Assembly (NCBI GenBank): GCA_902168115.1
Contig: CABHPB010000141.1
Coordinates: 1-64,000 of the forward strand
Reading direction: 5' to 3'
Length of the DNA stretch: 64,000 bases
DNA from: an uncultured Methylopila sp.
GTDB taxonomy: Bacteria; Pseudomonadota; Alphaproteobacteria; Rhizobiales; Methylopilaceae
The position numbers were made by a program, and so were the translations under genes. Positions within the stretch are counted from its first letter, which is position 1, and the number at the start of each line of letters is the position of its first letter. Of the stretch, positions 10,024-18,330 are shown one piece after another. Below the pieces are notes generated by a model. It was not told the origin of the DNA, made no database searches, and worked only from the letters and a program-made list of their open reading frames with translations.

Positions 10024-10380
10024 ATGAACTCGACAGCAGAGCTGCTGGCTCGTTACGCCAGTGGAGAGCGGTCATTCCGCGAAACAGAAACCGAAGATCC
10101 AGACATTCTGGAGCTTGATGACTCCAACTTAGCCGGCGCCGATTTCTCAGGGTCTTTTTTGGTCGGCCGCTTTCGGCGGGCCAACCTTCGCGGCGCAAGC
10201 TTTCGCGACGCCAACATCAAGACTTGCGATTTTTCCGGCGCCGATCTGACCGATGCCGATTTTCGCGGCTCGGCGTTGGACGCCACGACCTTCGAAGGAG
10301 CGACCTTAAAAGGCGCCCAGTTCGCCGGGGCCAGCATTTGCGGCAGTGACATGGTGGAAGGTGAATTGCCGAGCTGGTAG
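10024..10380 (+). CDS. Small pentapeptide-repeat protein of 118 aa.
   Basis: Tandem A(D/N)LxG/A(D/N)FxG pentapeptide repeats are present (ADFSGSFLVGRFRRANLRGASFRDANIKTCDFSGADLTDADFRGSALDA). The ATG is at 10024. It lies in the tail of the fused track ORF 9283..10380. Local GC is about 55%, clearly below the surroundings. Confidence 0.65.
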   Translation: MNSTAELLARYASGERSFRETETEDPDILELDDSNLAGADFSGSFLVGRFRRANLRGASFRDANIKTCDFSGADLTDADFRGSALDATTFEGATLKGAQFAGASICGSDMVEGELPSW

Positions 10381-10534
10381 CGCCACGGACCCTGTCTTGG
10401 CCACGATCAAGCCAAGGGTTTCACGTCGCATCTGCCCTGTCGTCCTCTCGATCCCTGAGCAAATCCACCGTAGCTACGCCGAAGCCGAGCGGCGGATTGG
10501 CGTCTGACCTTGCTCTAAAAGGAGGAGACTGCAC

Positions 10535-10966
10535 ATGGCAGACGACACGGACGCACTGACCGGTCGGTGCCATTGCGGCGCGGTGCGGTTCGAGGCCGCG
10601 CTCAGCGACGGCTTCGACACCATTCTGCGCTGCACCTGCTCCTACTGCCGGATGCGGGGCGCCGTCGTCGCCATGGCGAAGACCGGCGGGGTAAAGATCC
10701 TCGAGGGCGAGGATGCGCTGACGAGCTACCGGTTTCACACCGGCGCGGCGGAGCACTTCTTCTGCTCCCGCTGCGGGATCTACACCCATCACCAGCGGCG
10801 CTCGGACCCGAACGGCTACGCCGTGAACGTCGCCTGCCTCGACGGGGTCAGCCCGTTCGACTTCGCCGAGGTTCCCGTGACGGACGGCGAGAACCACCCG
10901 AACGACACCGGCAAACCGTCGCGCCGCGCTGGAACGTTGCGATACGTCAGGTCTGAGGAAGGCTAG
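10535..10966 (+). CDS. GFA / CENP-V family protein (glutathione-dependent formaldehyde-activating enzyme-like).
   Basis: A Cys-rich zinc motif is present (GRCHCGAVRF, CTCSYC, CSRCG). AAAGGAGGAGA lies upstream of the ATG. Confidence 0.75.
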   Translation: MADDTDALTGRCHCGAVRFEAALSDGFDTILRCTCSYCRMRGAVVAMAKTGGVKILEGEDALTSYRFHTGAAEHFFCSRCGIYTHHQRRSDPNGYAVNVACLDGVSPFDFAEVPVTDGENHPNDTGKPSRRAGTLRYVRSEEG

Positions 10967-11182
10967 GCCTGTCGCCGACGTCGGGCCCGCGCTCTTGCGC
11001 TGGTATCCGCGACTTGGACGGTGCCTTCGACAAGCAAAATCGCGGATGTCCGGCTAGCCGGTCGTGACGGCCTGAAACGTCGTGAAATCGCGCCTGTCGG
11101 AACGACAGCCGACCCCGGCGTTACGGGCCAGCGCCCGCGCCGATGCTCTCAAAATCGGGAGAAAGACCCTTGAAAATGAAAA

Positions 11183-11215
11183 GGCGGAACCGCCTCGGGG
11201 GGTAGCGGTTCCGCC
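11183..11215 (-). terminator. Rho-independent terminator for the minus-strand dienelactone hydrolase gene.
   Basis: It has a perfect 11-bp stem ggcggaaccgc / gcggttccgcc. On the minus strand it is followed by TTTTCATTTTC. Confidence 0.6.
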
Positions 11216-11342
11216 TCGTCTAGGCTGGCCAGTCGGGGGAGCTGGCCGCCTTTTGCGAAAAGCTCCATTGCAGAGCCTTCATCGCGACAACGTCTACGTG
11301 GGGCCCCGGTTCCCGGATCGTGGAAAAAAATTTGTGCGCGAT

Positions 11343-12260
11343 TTATCGGGTCGGCGGAACGGCCGCCCCGAGGTGGCTTTCCAGAAAGGCGATCGTCCGG
11401 TCCCAGGCGAGCGCGGCCGCCTTGCGCTCGTAGCGCGCGGGGTTGGTGTCGTTGTTGAAGGCGTGGTTGGCGCCTTCGTAGATCTCGATCTGGTATTCCT
11501 TGCCCGCGTCCTTCAACGCTTTGTCGAAGGCGGGAACGCCGGCGTTGATGCGCTCGTCGAGGCCGGCGTAATGCAGCAGCAGCGGCGCCTGCACCTGCGC
11601 GGCCTGCTCGGGAGCGAGCGGCTGGCCGTAATAGGCGACGACCGCCTTGAGGTCGGACGCGGCGACCGCGAGGCGGTTCGCCATTCCCCCGCCCCAGCAG
11701 AAGCCGACCGCCCCGACGCTCTCGTTCGACTCCGGATGCGACAGCAGGAAGGTCACCGCCTCGACGAGATCGCGCGTCGTCTTCTCGAGGTCGAGCGCGC
11801 CGATCATCTCGCGCGCCTTGTCCTCGTCCTCCGGGGTCCCGCCTGCGGGCGACAGCAGGTCGACGCCGAAGGCGAGGAAGCCGGAGACGGCAAGACGCCG
11901 CGTGACGTCCTGGATGTGCGGATTGAGGCCGCGGTTCTCGTGGATGACGATCACCGCCGGGCGCTTTCCGCCGCCTTTCGGCCGGGCGAGCAGGCCGGAA
12001 ATCTCGCCGCTCGCGCCCTGATAGCTCGCGCGGTCGATGGCGAGGCGCTTGTCGTCCGGGGCGACGATCGTGGCGCGGGCGTAGTCGTTCGACAGCGACG
12101 AGAGCAAGACCGTCGCGGCGGCGGAGGAGCCGGCGAGCGCCGTCAGCCGCTCGAGGAAGTCGCGGCGGCCCATCTCGCCATGGGTGTAGCGGTCGTAGAG
12201 CGAAATGGCGCGGGCGTCAGGGCGGGTCGTCTCGGTCACGGTTTGCTCGCCCCGGGTCAT
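11343..12260 (-). CDS. Dienelactone hydrolase family protein, Tat-secreted.
   Basis: It has the twin-arginine signal GEMGRRDFLERLTALAGSSAAATVLL. The DLH fold motifs GFCWGGG (nucleophile elbow) and HxF are present. The start was chosen at the MTRGEQ.. ATG at 12260. The track start at 12323 adds a low-complexity extension. The start is uncertain. Confidence 0.75.
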   Translation of the reverse strand: MTRGEQTVTETTRPDARAISLYDRYTHGEMGRRDFLERLTALAGSSAAATVLLSSLSNDYARATIVAPDDKRLAIDRASYQGASGEISGLLARPKGGGKRPAVIVIHENRGLNPHIQDVTRRLAVSGFLAFGVDLLSPAGGTPEDEDKAREMIGALDLEKTTRDLVEAVTFLLSHPESNESVGAVGFCWGGGMANRLAVAASDLKAVVAYYGQPLAPEQAAQVQAPLLLHYAGLDERINAGVPAFDKALKDAGKEYQIEIYEGANHAFNNDTNPARYERKAAALAWDRTIAFLESHLGAAVPPTR

Positions 12261-12675
12261 ATACGAACGATAGCTGGCGGACCCTAGCGCGCTCGACCGT
12301 ATGGCCGCAAAGCCTTCGCGCAATGTTGAGCTTGCCAGTTTGATCTTCAGGGCCCCTGAGTCATCGTGGGCCGGCAGCGCTCAGGCGCGCTTTAGCGGAA
12401 GTGATCGGAGCGTTAGGTGACGTTCAATCAACCGAAGCTTCCCAAGGGCCTCAAGACGCGCCGTCACCACAACAACAAAGGTCGCAAGCAAATGCGTCTT
12501 GGGCGGACGGTCGATCAGGTCAAGGCGTTGGCGAAGCGGCTCGGCATTCCCTACGTCACGCGCACAGAACGCGACAGCAAGGACGAGTGACACGCTTGCG
12601 GCCGGAAGGATAGCGCCGATCGCTGACCCTATCGACGTCGCCGCTAAGACTGCGCGCCCGAACGACTCCGGTGTC

Positions 12676-13242
12676 TCACTTCGGCGGCGTCACCGACCGC
12701 GCGACGGACTCGAACTCGCTTTTGCGGCCCGCAAAACTCTTCTTCTCGCCGACGCAGACGATGGTCGTGCGGCCCTTCGGCGTGTCGAGCACGACAAGAT
12801 AGGACCGCACCTCGGTCGACTGCGGCTCGCCCTCGATCGGCTTGAAGTCGGCGACGACCGCAGCGCCCATCAGGCCCTGGTGCTCGAACGGCTCGACGGT
12901 CGAGACGTCGTAGCGCAGCGCGAGGGTGGCGCGGATCAGGTCAGTCCACTCCTTCTTCTTGGTGAAGTCGTTGATGTCGGTCTGGCTGAGCGCCTCGCTC
13001 GGGTCGGCGCCGGGAGCCTGGCTCGCCTGGAAGGCGATCTTGCAGCCGGTCTCGACCTCGCCCTTCTTCTGCACGGCGTAGACCGCCGCATAGCGCGGAT
13101 CGCCCTCCGCCTTGCGGGCCTCGTAGCCGTCCGGCGGTTGCAGGACGAGGCCAGTCGCCTCGTCGCGCACGGGTTCCGCCGCGATCGCGACGCCGCCGAG
13201 CAGGCCTGTGATGACGAGACTAACCAAGCCCTTGGGGCTCAT
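12676..13242 (-). CDS. Secreted hypothetical protein of 188 aa with a signal peptide.
   Basis: The ATG at 13242 has GGAG 7 nt upstream. The signal peptide reads MSPKGLVSLVITGLLGGVAIAAEP. The long overlapping plus-strand ORF 12499..13668 is an Arg/Leu/Ala-rich antisense artifact. Confidence 0.6.
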   Translation of the reverse strand: MSPKGLVSLVITGLLGGVAIAAEPVRDEATGLVLQPPDGYEARKAEGDPRYAAVYAVQKKGEVETGCKIAFQASQAPGADPSEALSQTDINDFTKKKEWTDLIRATLALRYDVSTVEPFEHQGLMGAAVVADFKPIEGEPQSTEVRSYLVVLDTPKGRTTIVCVGEKKSFAGRKSEFESVARSVTPPK

Positions 13243-13558
13243 CCGAGGCTCCGATACGCATCCCCGCTTCCGGCGCTCTTTGCACAGCGGCGCCGGTTTC
13301 GTCCCGCCGCTCTCGATCACGTTACCTCGGATCGGCGGCGAACCGTAGCAAATGCACGATTTAAGCTAAACGACGACCCTCCGAAGGCGCCATGCGGAGG
13401 ACATGCCCGCGAGATTTTTTTGAATGATTCAAATCTGAGCTTGCAATCGAGGCGCGAGGCCGTCATAAGCGCGCTCCTTCGCGAGGCCTTCGGGTGCGGG
13501 TTCGAAACGCCCGGCCGGCGCGGTCCCTCTGGGTCGCCGTGTTCCGCCGAACGGAGTC

Positions 13559-13633
13559 GAGTGTGTAGCTCAGTGGTAGAGCGCCGGGCCGAAAGCCCGG
13601 AGGTCGCCGGTTCGAGTCCGGTCATGCCCACCA
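13559..13633 (+). tRNA. tRNA-like element 1. Cloverleaf arms are recognisable and the anticodon loop is CCGAAAG (GAA, Phe-like), but C33 is atypical and the acceptor stem is weak. It may be a pseudo-tRNA.
   Basis: It has TAGCTCAGTGGTAGAGC as the D-arm, ccggg/cccgg as the anticodon stem, and GCCGG-TTCGAGT-CCGGT as the T-arm, followed by CATGCCC-A-CCA. The 5' acceptor GAGTGTG pairs with only 1 mismatch and 2 wobbles. Folded by eye only. Confidence 0.4.
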
Positions 13634-13706
13634 GGATAGCTCAGACGGGTAGAGCAGATGACTGTTAATCATCGTGTCGCGGGTTCGAATCCCGCTCCAT
13701 AACGCT
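13630..13706 (+). tRNA. tRNA-like element 2. Its D, anticodon (CTGTTAA, anticodon GTT, Asn-like) and T arms are canonical, but the acceptor stem does not pair. Its first 4 nt overlap the ACCA end of element 1. It is probably a pseudogene or a recombination remnant.
   Basis: It has TAGCTCAGACGGGTAGAGC, GATGA-CTGTTAA-TCATC and GCGGG-TTCGAAT-CCCGC. The 5' ACCAGGA pairs with the 3' TCCATAA at only 3 positions, and no CCA is encoded. Confidence 0.35.
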
Positions 13707-14060
13707 CCGGAACGGTCGTAAAGGCCGTACTCCTCTGAAAGGGGACCGGACGCGCGCTTCAGTCGCCGATCCGGTTCCGGTCAAGCCTTCGGGCTTTCCC
13801 GCCTCCATTTCGTAGACACCGTGAGACCGGCTCTGCGCCGCGGCGGATACCGCCACGGCCGGGCGCCGGACCGTCTTCGCGACCGGCCGCGCTCGCTTCG
13901 GCGACAGCGTCCGCTCGCGTCGCACGGCCGTCCCCCTGACGTGTCTCAAGCCCCGGCCCGCATGGCCTTGCGGGAAGCGCGCGTCCGGAACCTGACGTCC
14001 TGAAACAGAACTGAACGCCGCTCGCGGAATGGTCCGCGCGCGAACGCATGGAGGCGTGTC

Positions 14061-15212
14061 ATGAACCGGCGTCTTTGGATGCTGAACGTAACGGTGAAGG
14101 ACGGCCAGCGCGCCATCCTGACCCGCGACGGCCGGTTCGAGCGACTGCTCGGCCCCGGCCGTCACCGGCTGTTCGACCCTCTCGCGCGGCTCTCCGCCGA
14201 GCTGGTCGACGTGATCGGCGGCGAGATGGCGGTCGACCGCTACCTCGCTCTCGCGAGCGCGCGCCCCGACGTCGCGGCGGAGAACTTCGCCGTGGTGGAG
14301 ACCGGCGCAAGCGAGGTCGCGATCGTGCGGTTCGACGGCCGTCCGACGCACCTGCTCGGCCCCTGGGCCAAGCGCGTGTTCTGGACCGCGGTGACCCGCG
14401 TCGAGGTCGAGCGCGTCGACGTCGCGGCCGAGCCGCGGGTGGCCGAGCGCCACCTGAAGCAGCTCGACCGCACGCAGACCCGCTTTGCGAGCGAGACCGT
14501 GGTCGAGGCTCACGAGGCCGGCCTGCTGTTCGTCGACGGCAAGCTGGTCGAGCGCCTCGCGCCCGGCCGCCACGCGTTCTGGACCGTCGACCGCAAGGTC
14601 GAGGTCCGCCGGGTCGACCTGCGTCCGCAGCCTCTCGAGGTGACGGCGCAGGAGATGCTGACCAAGGACCGCGTGGCGCTGCGCGTGACGCTGACCGCCT
14701 TCCGCCGGATCGTGGATCCGGTGAAGGCGGCCGAGACCGTCGCGGACGTGGACGGCTGGCTGTACCGGCTGGCGCAGTTCGCGATCCGCGAGGCGGTGGC
14801 GAGCCGCACCCTCGACGAGGCGCTCTCCGCCAAGGAGGCGCTGAACGAGGAACTGCGCGCTGTCGTGGCCGGCAAGGTCGCGGCGGCGGGCGTGGAAGTC
14901 ACGGAGCTCGGCGTGAAGGACGTGATCCTTCCCGGCGAAATCCGCGAGCTCGTGAACAAGGTGGTGGAGGCGGAGCGGCTCGCGAAGGCGAACAACATCC
15001 GCCGCCAGGAGGAGACCGCGGCGACCCGGTCCCTGCTCAACACCGCCAAGGTGATGGAGGAGAACCCTCTCCTGCTTCGCCTGAAGGAGCTCGAGTCGCT
15101 GGAGAAGCTCGTGGAGAAGGTCGGCCGGATCGACCTCCACGCGGGCGACAGCGGCGGCTTCGACGCCCTGCTCACCAAGCTCGTGCGCCTCAAGGCGCCC
15201 GACGCAGCGTGA
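14061..15212 (+). CDS. SPFH / band 7 (stomatin-prohibitin-like) domain protein with a long N-terminal domain.
   Basis: The SPFH signature LTKDRVALRVTLTAFRRIVDP is present, followed by a coiled-coil tail. GGAGG lies 6 nt before the ATG. The 491-aa minus ORF opposite it is an artifact. Confidence 0.8.
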   Translation: MNRRLWMLNVTVKDGQRAILTRDGRFERLLGPGRHRLFDPLARLSAELVDVIGGEMAVDRYLALASARPDVAAENFAVVETGASEVAIVRFDGRPTHLLGPWAKRVFWTAVTRVEVERVDVAAEPRVAERHLKQLDRTQTRFASETVVEAHEAGLLFVDGKLVERLAPGRHAFWTVDRKVEVRRVDLRPQPLEVTAQEMLTKDRVALRVTLTAFRRIVDPVKAAETVADVDGWLYRLAQFAIREAVASRTLDEALSAKEALNEELRAVVAGKVAAAGVEVTELGVKDVILPGEIRELVNKVVEAERLAKANNIRRQEETAATRSLLNTAKVMEENPLLLRLKELESLEKLVEKVGRIDLHAGDSGGFDALLTKLVRLKAPDAA

Positions 15213-15228
15213 GCGACGAGACGAGAGG

Positions 15229-15257
15229 CCCCGGCGCGGAGACGCGCCGGGGTTTTT
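15229..15257 (+). terminator. Rho-independent terminator of the SPFH gene, shared with the convergent DUF2254 gene.
   Basis: The stem is ccccggcgcg-gaga-cgcgccgggg, followed by TTTTT. Confidence 0.6.
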
Positions 15258-15284
15258 CCTATCCGGCCCGAGACGTCGTCGCGG

Positions 15285-16529
15285 TCACGCTTCGGCGGCG
15301 GCGCGGAGGCGCCGGAGATCGTCCTCGATCTTGAGCGCGGTCCCGGCACGCTCCAGCGCGAGCCGGGAATGCCGCCGGGCCGCCGAGGCGAAGCGCCCGT
15401 CGCCGATCCCTTCGAGTGTGCGAAACGCCTTCTGGAGCCTCACCCCGACCTCGACCACGCCGGCGCCGTCGCGCGCGATGCCGTTGAACAGGTCGTCGAA
15501 CAGATCGTCCGGCTCGATCGACGGCGCGAAGACGCGGGGAAATTCGGGCTCGGCGTCGGGCCGCCCTTCCGCCCAGATCGCAAGCGTGCGCACGCCGCGG
15601 CCGATGACGTCGATCGCCGTGCCGGGATCGTTGATGCCGGGCGAAAGGGCTCGCGAGCCGATCTCGGAGAGAACGCACAGCCCGAAGCGCGGATCCTGGT
15701 CGAAGGAGCGGACGTCGTCGATCGCGAAGGCGGCGCGCACATGCTCGGCTGCGTCCTCGCCGAGACCGGCCAGCCACGCGACCGGCCGGCTCGGATCGAC
15801 GAAGACGCCGGGAAGCGCGGCGACGAAGACGCGCCCGTCGGTTTCGTCCGCGACTTCGGCGAGAGCCGCCATGTCGACGTGCTGCACATAGCCGATCTCG
15901 CTCGCGAACACCGGCGTCGTTCCCTCGGGCGGTCCGGACGCGGCGTCGCGCCAGCACGCGGCGCCAAGAAAGGGATTGTCGCGCCGATCGCGCATGGCGG
16001 CGGCGGCCGCCTGCTCGACCTGCGCCGTGGTTTCCGTCACGCGACCGAGCGTCGACAGGTGATCGATCCAGCGCACGAGCGTGACGACTATCAGCACGAT
16101 GACGCCGATGGTGACGGCGAACAACACGACCCGCCCGGCCTCGTCATAGAAGCCGGCGCTGATCGCCACGATCCCGACGAGCGCGAACAGGAAGGAGCCG
16201 AGGAAGGCCGCGAGCGCGTTCTGCGTCGTCGGGTCCTCGACGACGAGGCGTGAGGCGCGCGGCGTCACGTTGCTCGTCGCGGCCGAGAAGGCGGAGACCA
16301 TAGCGCCGAGCGAGAAGGTCGTAACGCCCAGCATGCTGGCGGCGATGATGCCGAGGATGTTGTCGACGGCGTCGGCGCCGATCTTCGACGACGCCGAGGG
16401 CGGGATCGCGGGGCTGACGACTGCGGCGAGGAGCGCTGTGACGACCGCGCCGAGCGAAAACAGGCTTGCCCTGAACCAGATCCGGCGCATGAGGCGCGAA
16501 AGCGTCCAAGAGAGGCGCGAGGCCGACAT
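15285..16529 (-). CDS. DUF2254-family integral membrane protein.
   Basis: It has N-terminal TM helices and the conserved SPGINDPGTAIDVIGRG motif. The protein is 414 aa. Confidence 0.7.
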   Translation of the reverse strand: MSASRLSWTLSRLMRRIWFRASLFSLGAVVTALLAAVVSPAIPPSASSKIGADAVDNILGIIAASMLGVTTFSLGAMVSAFSAATSNVTPRASRLVVEDPTTQNALAAFLGSFLFALVGIVAISAGFYDEAGRVVLFAVTIGVIVLIVVTLVRWIDHLSTLGRVTETTAQVEQAAAAAMRDRRDNPFLGAACWRDAASGPPEGTTPVFASEIGYVQHVDMAALAEVADETDGRVFVAALPGVFVDPSRPVAWLAGLGEDAAEHVRAAFAIDDVRSFDQDPRFGLCVLSEIGSRALSPGINDPGTAIDVIGRGVRTLAIWAEGRPDAEPEFPRVFAPSIEPDDLFDDLFNGIARDGAGVVEVGVRLQKAFRTLEGIGDGRFASAARRHSRLALERAGTALKIEDDLRRLRAAAEA

Positions 16530-16601
16530 ATCTGCTCTTTTTCTTTCTGTGGGCCGCTGCGCGCGGTGTAGCGCGTTTGGGCGCCGCGCAAAGACGCCCG
16601 G

Positions 16602-17495
16602 CTAGAGCTCGGCGCTCGCCGTCAGGAAGTCGACCAGCGAGCGGGCGTGCGGCGGAAGCTCCCGCGTCGGATGGGTCGCGATGACGAGGTCGCGCTGCGC
16701 CCAGGCGTCGGTCAGCGGCACGATGCGGATCGTCATGCTGCGGCTGGCGCGGGTCGCCGCGATGTTGGGCGAGATCCCGACGCCCACCCCCTGCTCCACC
16801 ATGCGGCAGACGGTTTCGAACGAAGCCACCCTGACCCGGCAGGCGAGCCGGCGCCCGAGCCGGCGCGCCTGCGCCGACAGGTAGTCGGACAGCCCTGCGC
16901 CCGATCTCAGCCCGACGTGGTCGAAGGCGAGCGTCTCGGCGAAGGAGACGCTCTTCGCGCCGGCGAGCGGATGGTCCTGCGGCGCGATCGCGACGAGCGC
17001 GTCCCGCGCGAAGGGGACGAGTTCGAGCTCGCCGGCGTCGACCTGGTCGGAGCCGATGCCGAGGTCGATCCTCCCGGCCGCGACGGCGAGGTAAATGTCG
17101 CGGCTGGTGCCCTCCTCCAGGTCGACGTCGACCTGCGGGTTGGCGGTGAGGAAGGCCGCGAGCGGGCCCGGCAGGTGCTCGGCGATCGCCGCGCTGCTCG
17201 CCATCATCCGCACATGCCCCTTGAGGCCGTCGCCATACTGGGCGAGGTCGCCGCGCATGCGCTCGGACTGGTCGAGGATCATACGGGCGTGATGGACGAG
17301 CGCCCGCCCGGCCGGCGTCGGCCGCACGCCGCGGCGGCCGCGCTCCAAAAGGGCCGTCGCGGCGTCGAGCTCCATCGCCCGAACGCGCTCGCTCGCGGAG
17401 GCCAGCGCGAGACCCGCCCGCTCCGCTCCGGCCGTGATGCTTCCGGCCTCGCAGACATGGACGAACAGCCTGAGGTCGACGAGATCGAACCGCAT
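16602..17495 (-). CDS. LysR-family transcriptional regulator.
   Basis: It has an N-terminal wHTH (MRFDLVDLRLFVHVCEAGSITAGAERAGLALASASERV) and a LysR substrate-binding domain. The start was trimmed to the MRFDL ATG at 17495. It is divergent from the TauE gene. Confidence 0.85.
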   Translation of the reverse strand: MRFDLVDLRLFVHVCEAGSITAGAERAGLALASASERVRAMELDAATALLERGRRGVRPTPAGRALVHHARMILDQSERMRGDLAQYGDGLKGHVRMMASSAAIAEHLPGPLAAFLTANPQVDVDLEEGTSRDIYLAVAAGRIDLGIGSDQVDAGELELVPFARDALVAIAPQDHPLAGAKSVSFAETLAFDHVGLRSGAGLSDYLSAQARRLGRRLACRVRVASFETVCRMVEQGVGVGISPNIAATRASRSMTIRIVPLTDAWAQRDLVIATHPTRELPPHARSLVDFLTASAEL

Positions 17496-17580
17496 CGCGC
17501 CCCTGCCTTCGGTTTCGCCGAAGCCTTGCTCCGCGACTTCCACATTGCGCCGATCTCGCCGCCTGCTTCAACTTCCTTCC

Positions 17581-18315
17581 ATGGTCGACGTCTCGCTCCC
17601 CCTGTTCTTCCTGATTTTCGTGCTCGCCGGCATGGTCAAGGGCGTGACCGGCATGGGTCTTCCGACCGTCGCGATGGGGCTGCTGGCGACCGTCGCGGCG
17701 CCGCATGAGGCGGTGTCGCTGATGCTGCTGCCTTCGCTCGCGACGAACATCTGGCAGTTCGCGACCGGCTCCGCCCGCGCCGAGACGGTGAGGCGGTTCT
17801 GGCCGATGATGACGATGGTCGCGGTCGGCGCGGTCACGACGGCCGGCGTGCTGACGGGCCCGTCCGCTCATCTGGCCGTCCTCGGCCTCGGCGGCGTGCT
17901 CGTCGCCTACGCCCTGTTCGGGCTGGCGGGGCGCAAGCTGCCCTCGCCCGCGGGCCGCGAGGCCTGGATCTCTCCGCCGGTCGGGCTCGTGACCGGCGCG
18001 ATCACCGGCGCGACCGGCGTCGCGGTGATGCCGGCAGCGCCCTATTTCCAGTCGCTCGACCTCGACAAGGACCGGATGGTCCAGGCGCTCGGCCTGTCCT
18101 TCACCGTCTCGACGCTGGCGCTCGGCGTCGGCCTCGCTTTGAACGGCGCTCTGACGGCGCCGCATCTCGGCGGCTCGCTGCTCGCGCTGGTTCCCGCCGC
18201 GATCGGCATGGCGCTCGGACAGGCCCTGCGCGACCGGATCGACCAGAAGACGTTCCGCACGGTCTTCTTCGCCGGAATGCTCGCGCTTGGCGTCCACCTC
18301 GTCTTCGGCGGCTGA
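17581..18315 (+). CDS. TauE/SafE (DUF81) family sulfite/anion exporter membrane protein.
   Basis: The protein has multiple Gly-rich TM helices and is 244 aa. It is divergent from the LysR gene. Confidence 0.8.
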   Translation: MVDVSLPLFFLIFVLAGMVKGVTGMGLPTVAMGLLATVAAPHEAVSLMLLPSLATNIWQFATGSARAETVRRFWPMMTMVAVGAVTTAGVLTGPSAHLAVLGLGGVLVAYALFGLAGRKLPSPAGREAWISPPVGLVTGAITGATGVAVMPAAPYFQSLDLDKDRMVQALGLSFTVSTLALGVGLALNGALTAPHLGGSLLALVPAAIGMALGQALRDRIDQKTFRTVFFAGMLALGVHLVFGG

Positions 18316-18330
18316 CGCGACGCCCGGTCG

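Noticed and set aside
9283-10380. 365-aa plus ORF overlapping hisG.
   Set aside because: Only its last 118 codons, the pentapeptide-repeat protein from the ATG at 10024, look real. The upstream part is out of frame of hisG and Arg-rich.
12417-12593. Small plus-strand ORF (VTFNQPKLPKGLKTRRHHNNKGRKQMRLGRTVDQVKALAKRLGIPYVTRTERDSKDE) in the low-GC spacer.
   Set aside because: It has no convincing RBS and no recognisable family. It is mentioned only as part of the low-GC region.
12499-13668. 389-aa plus ORF running through the secreted-protein gene and into the tRNA-like region.
   Set aside because: It is antisense to a convincing minus-strand signal-peptide protein and runs across the tRNA-like structures.
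13300-13900. Possibility that the odd tRNA-like pair is a permuted two-piece tmRNA (ssrA).
   Set aside because: There is no GGGG 5' acceptor strand complementary to CATGCCC after the CCA, no UUCGACGGG D-analog, and no ANDN..AA tag reading frame nearby.
13665-15140. 491-aa minus ORF opposite the SPFH gene.
   Set aside because: It has antisense low-complexity composition. The plus-strand SPFH gene has an RBS and conserved motifs.
16144-18297. 717-aa minus ORF spanning the LysR/TauE region.
   Set aside because: It is Arg/Pro/Gly-rich junk. The real genes are LysR on the minus strand in another frame and TauE on the plus strand.
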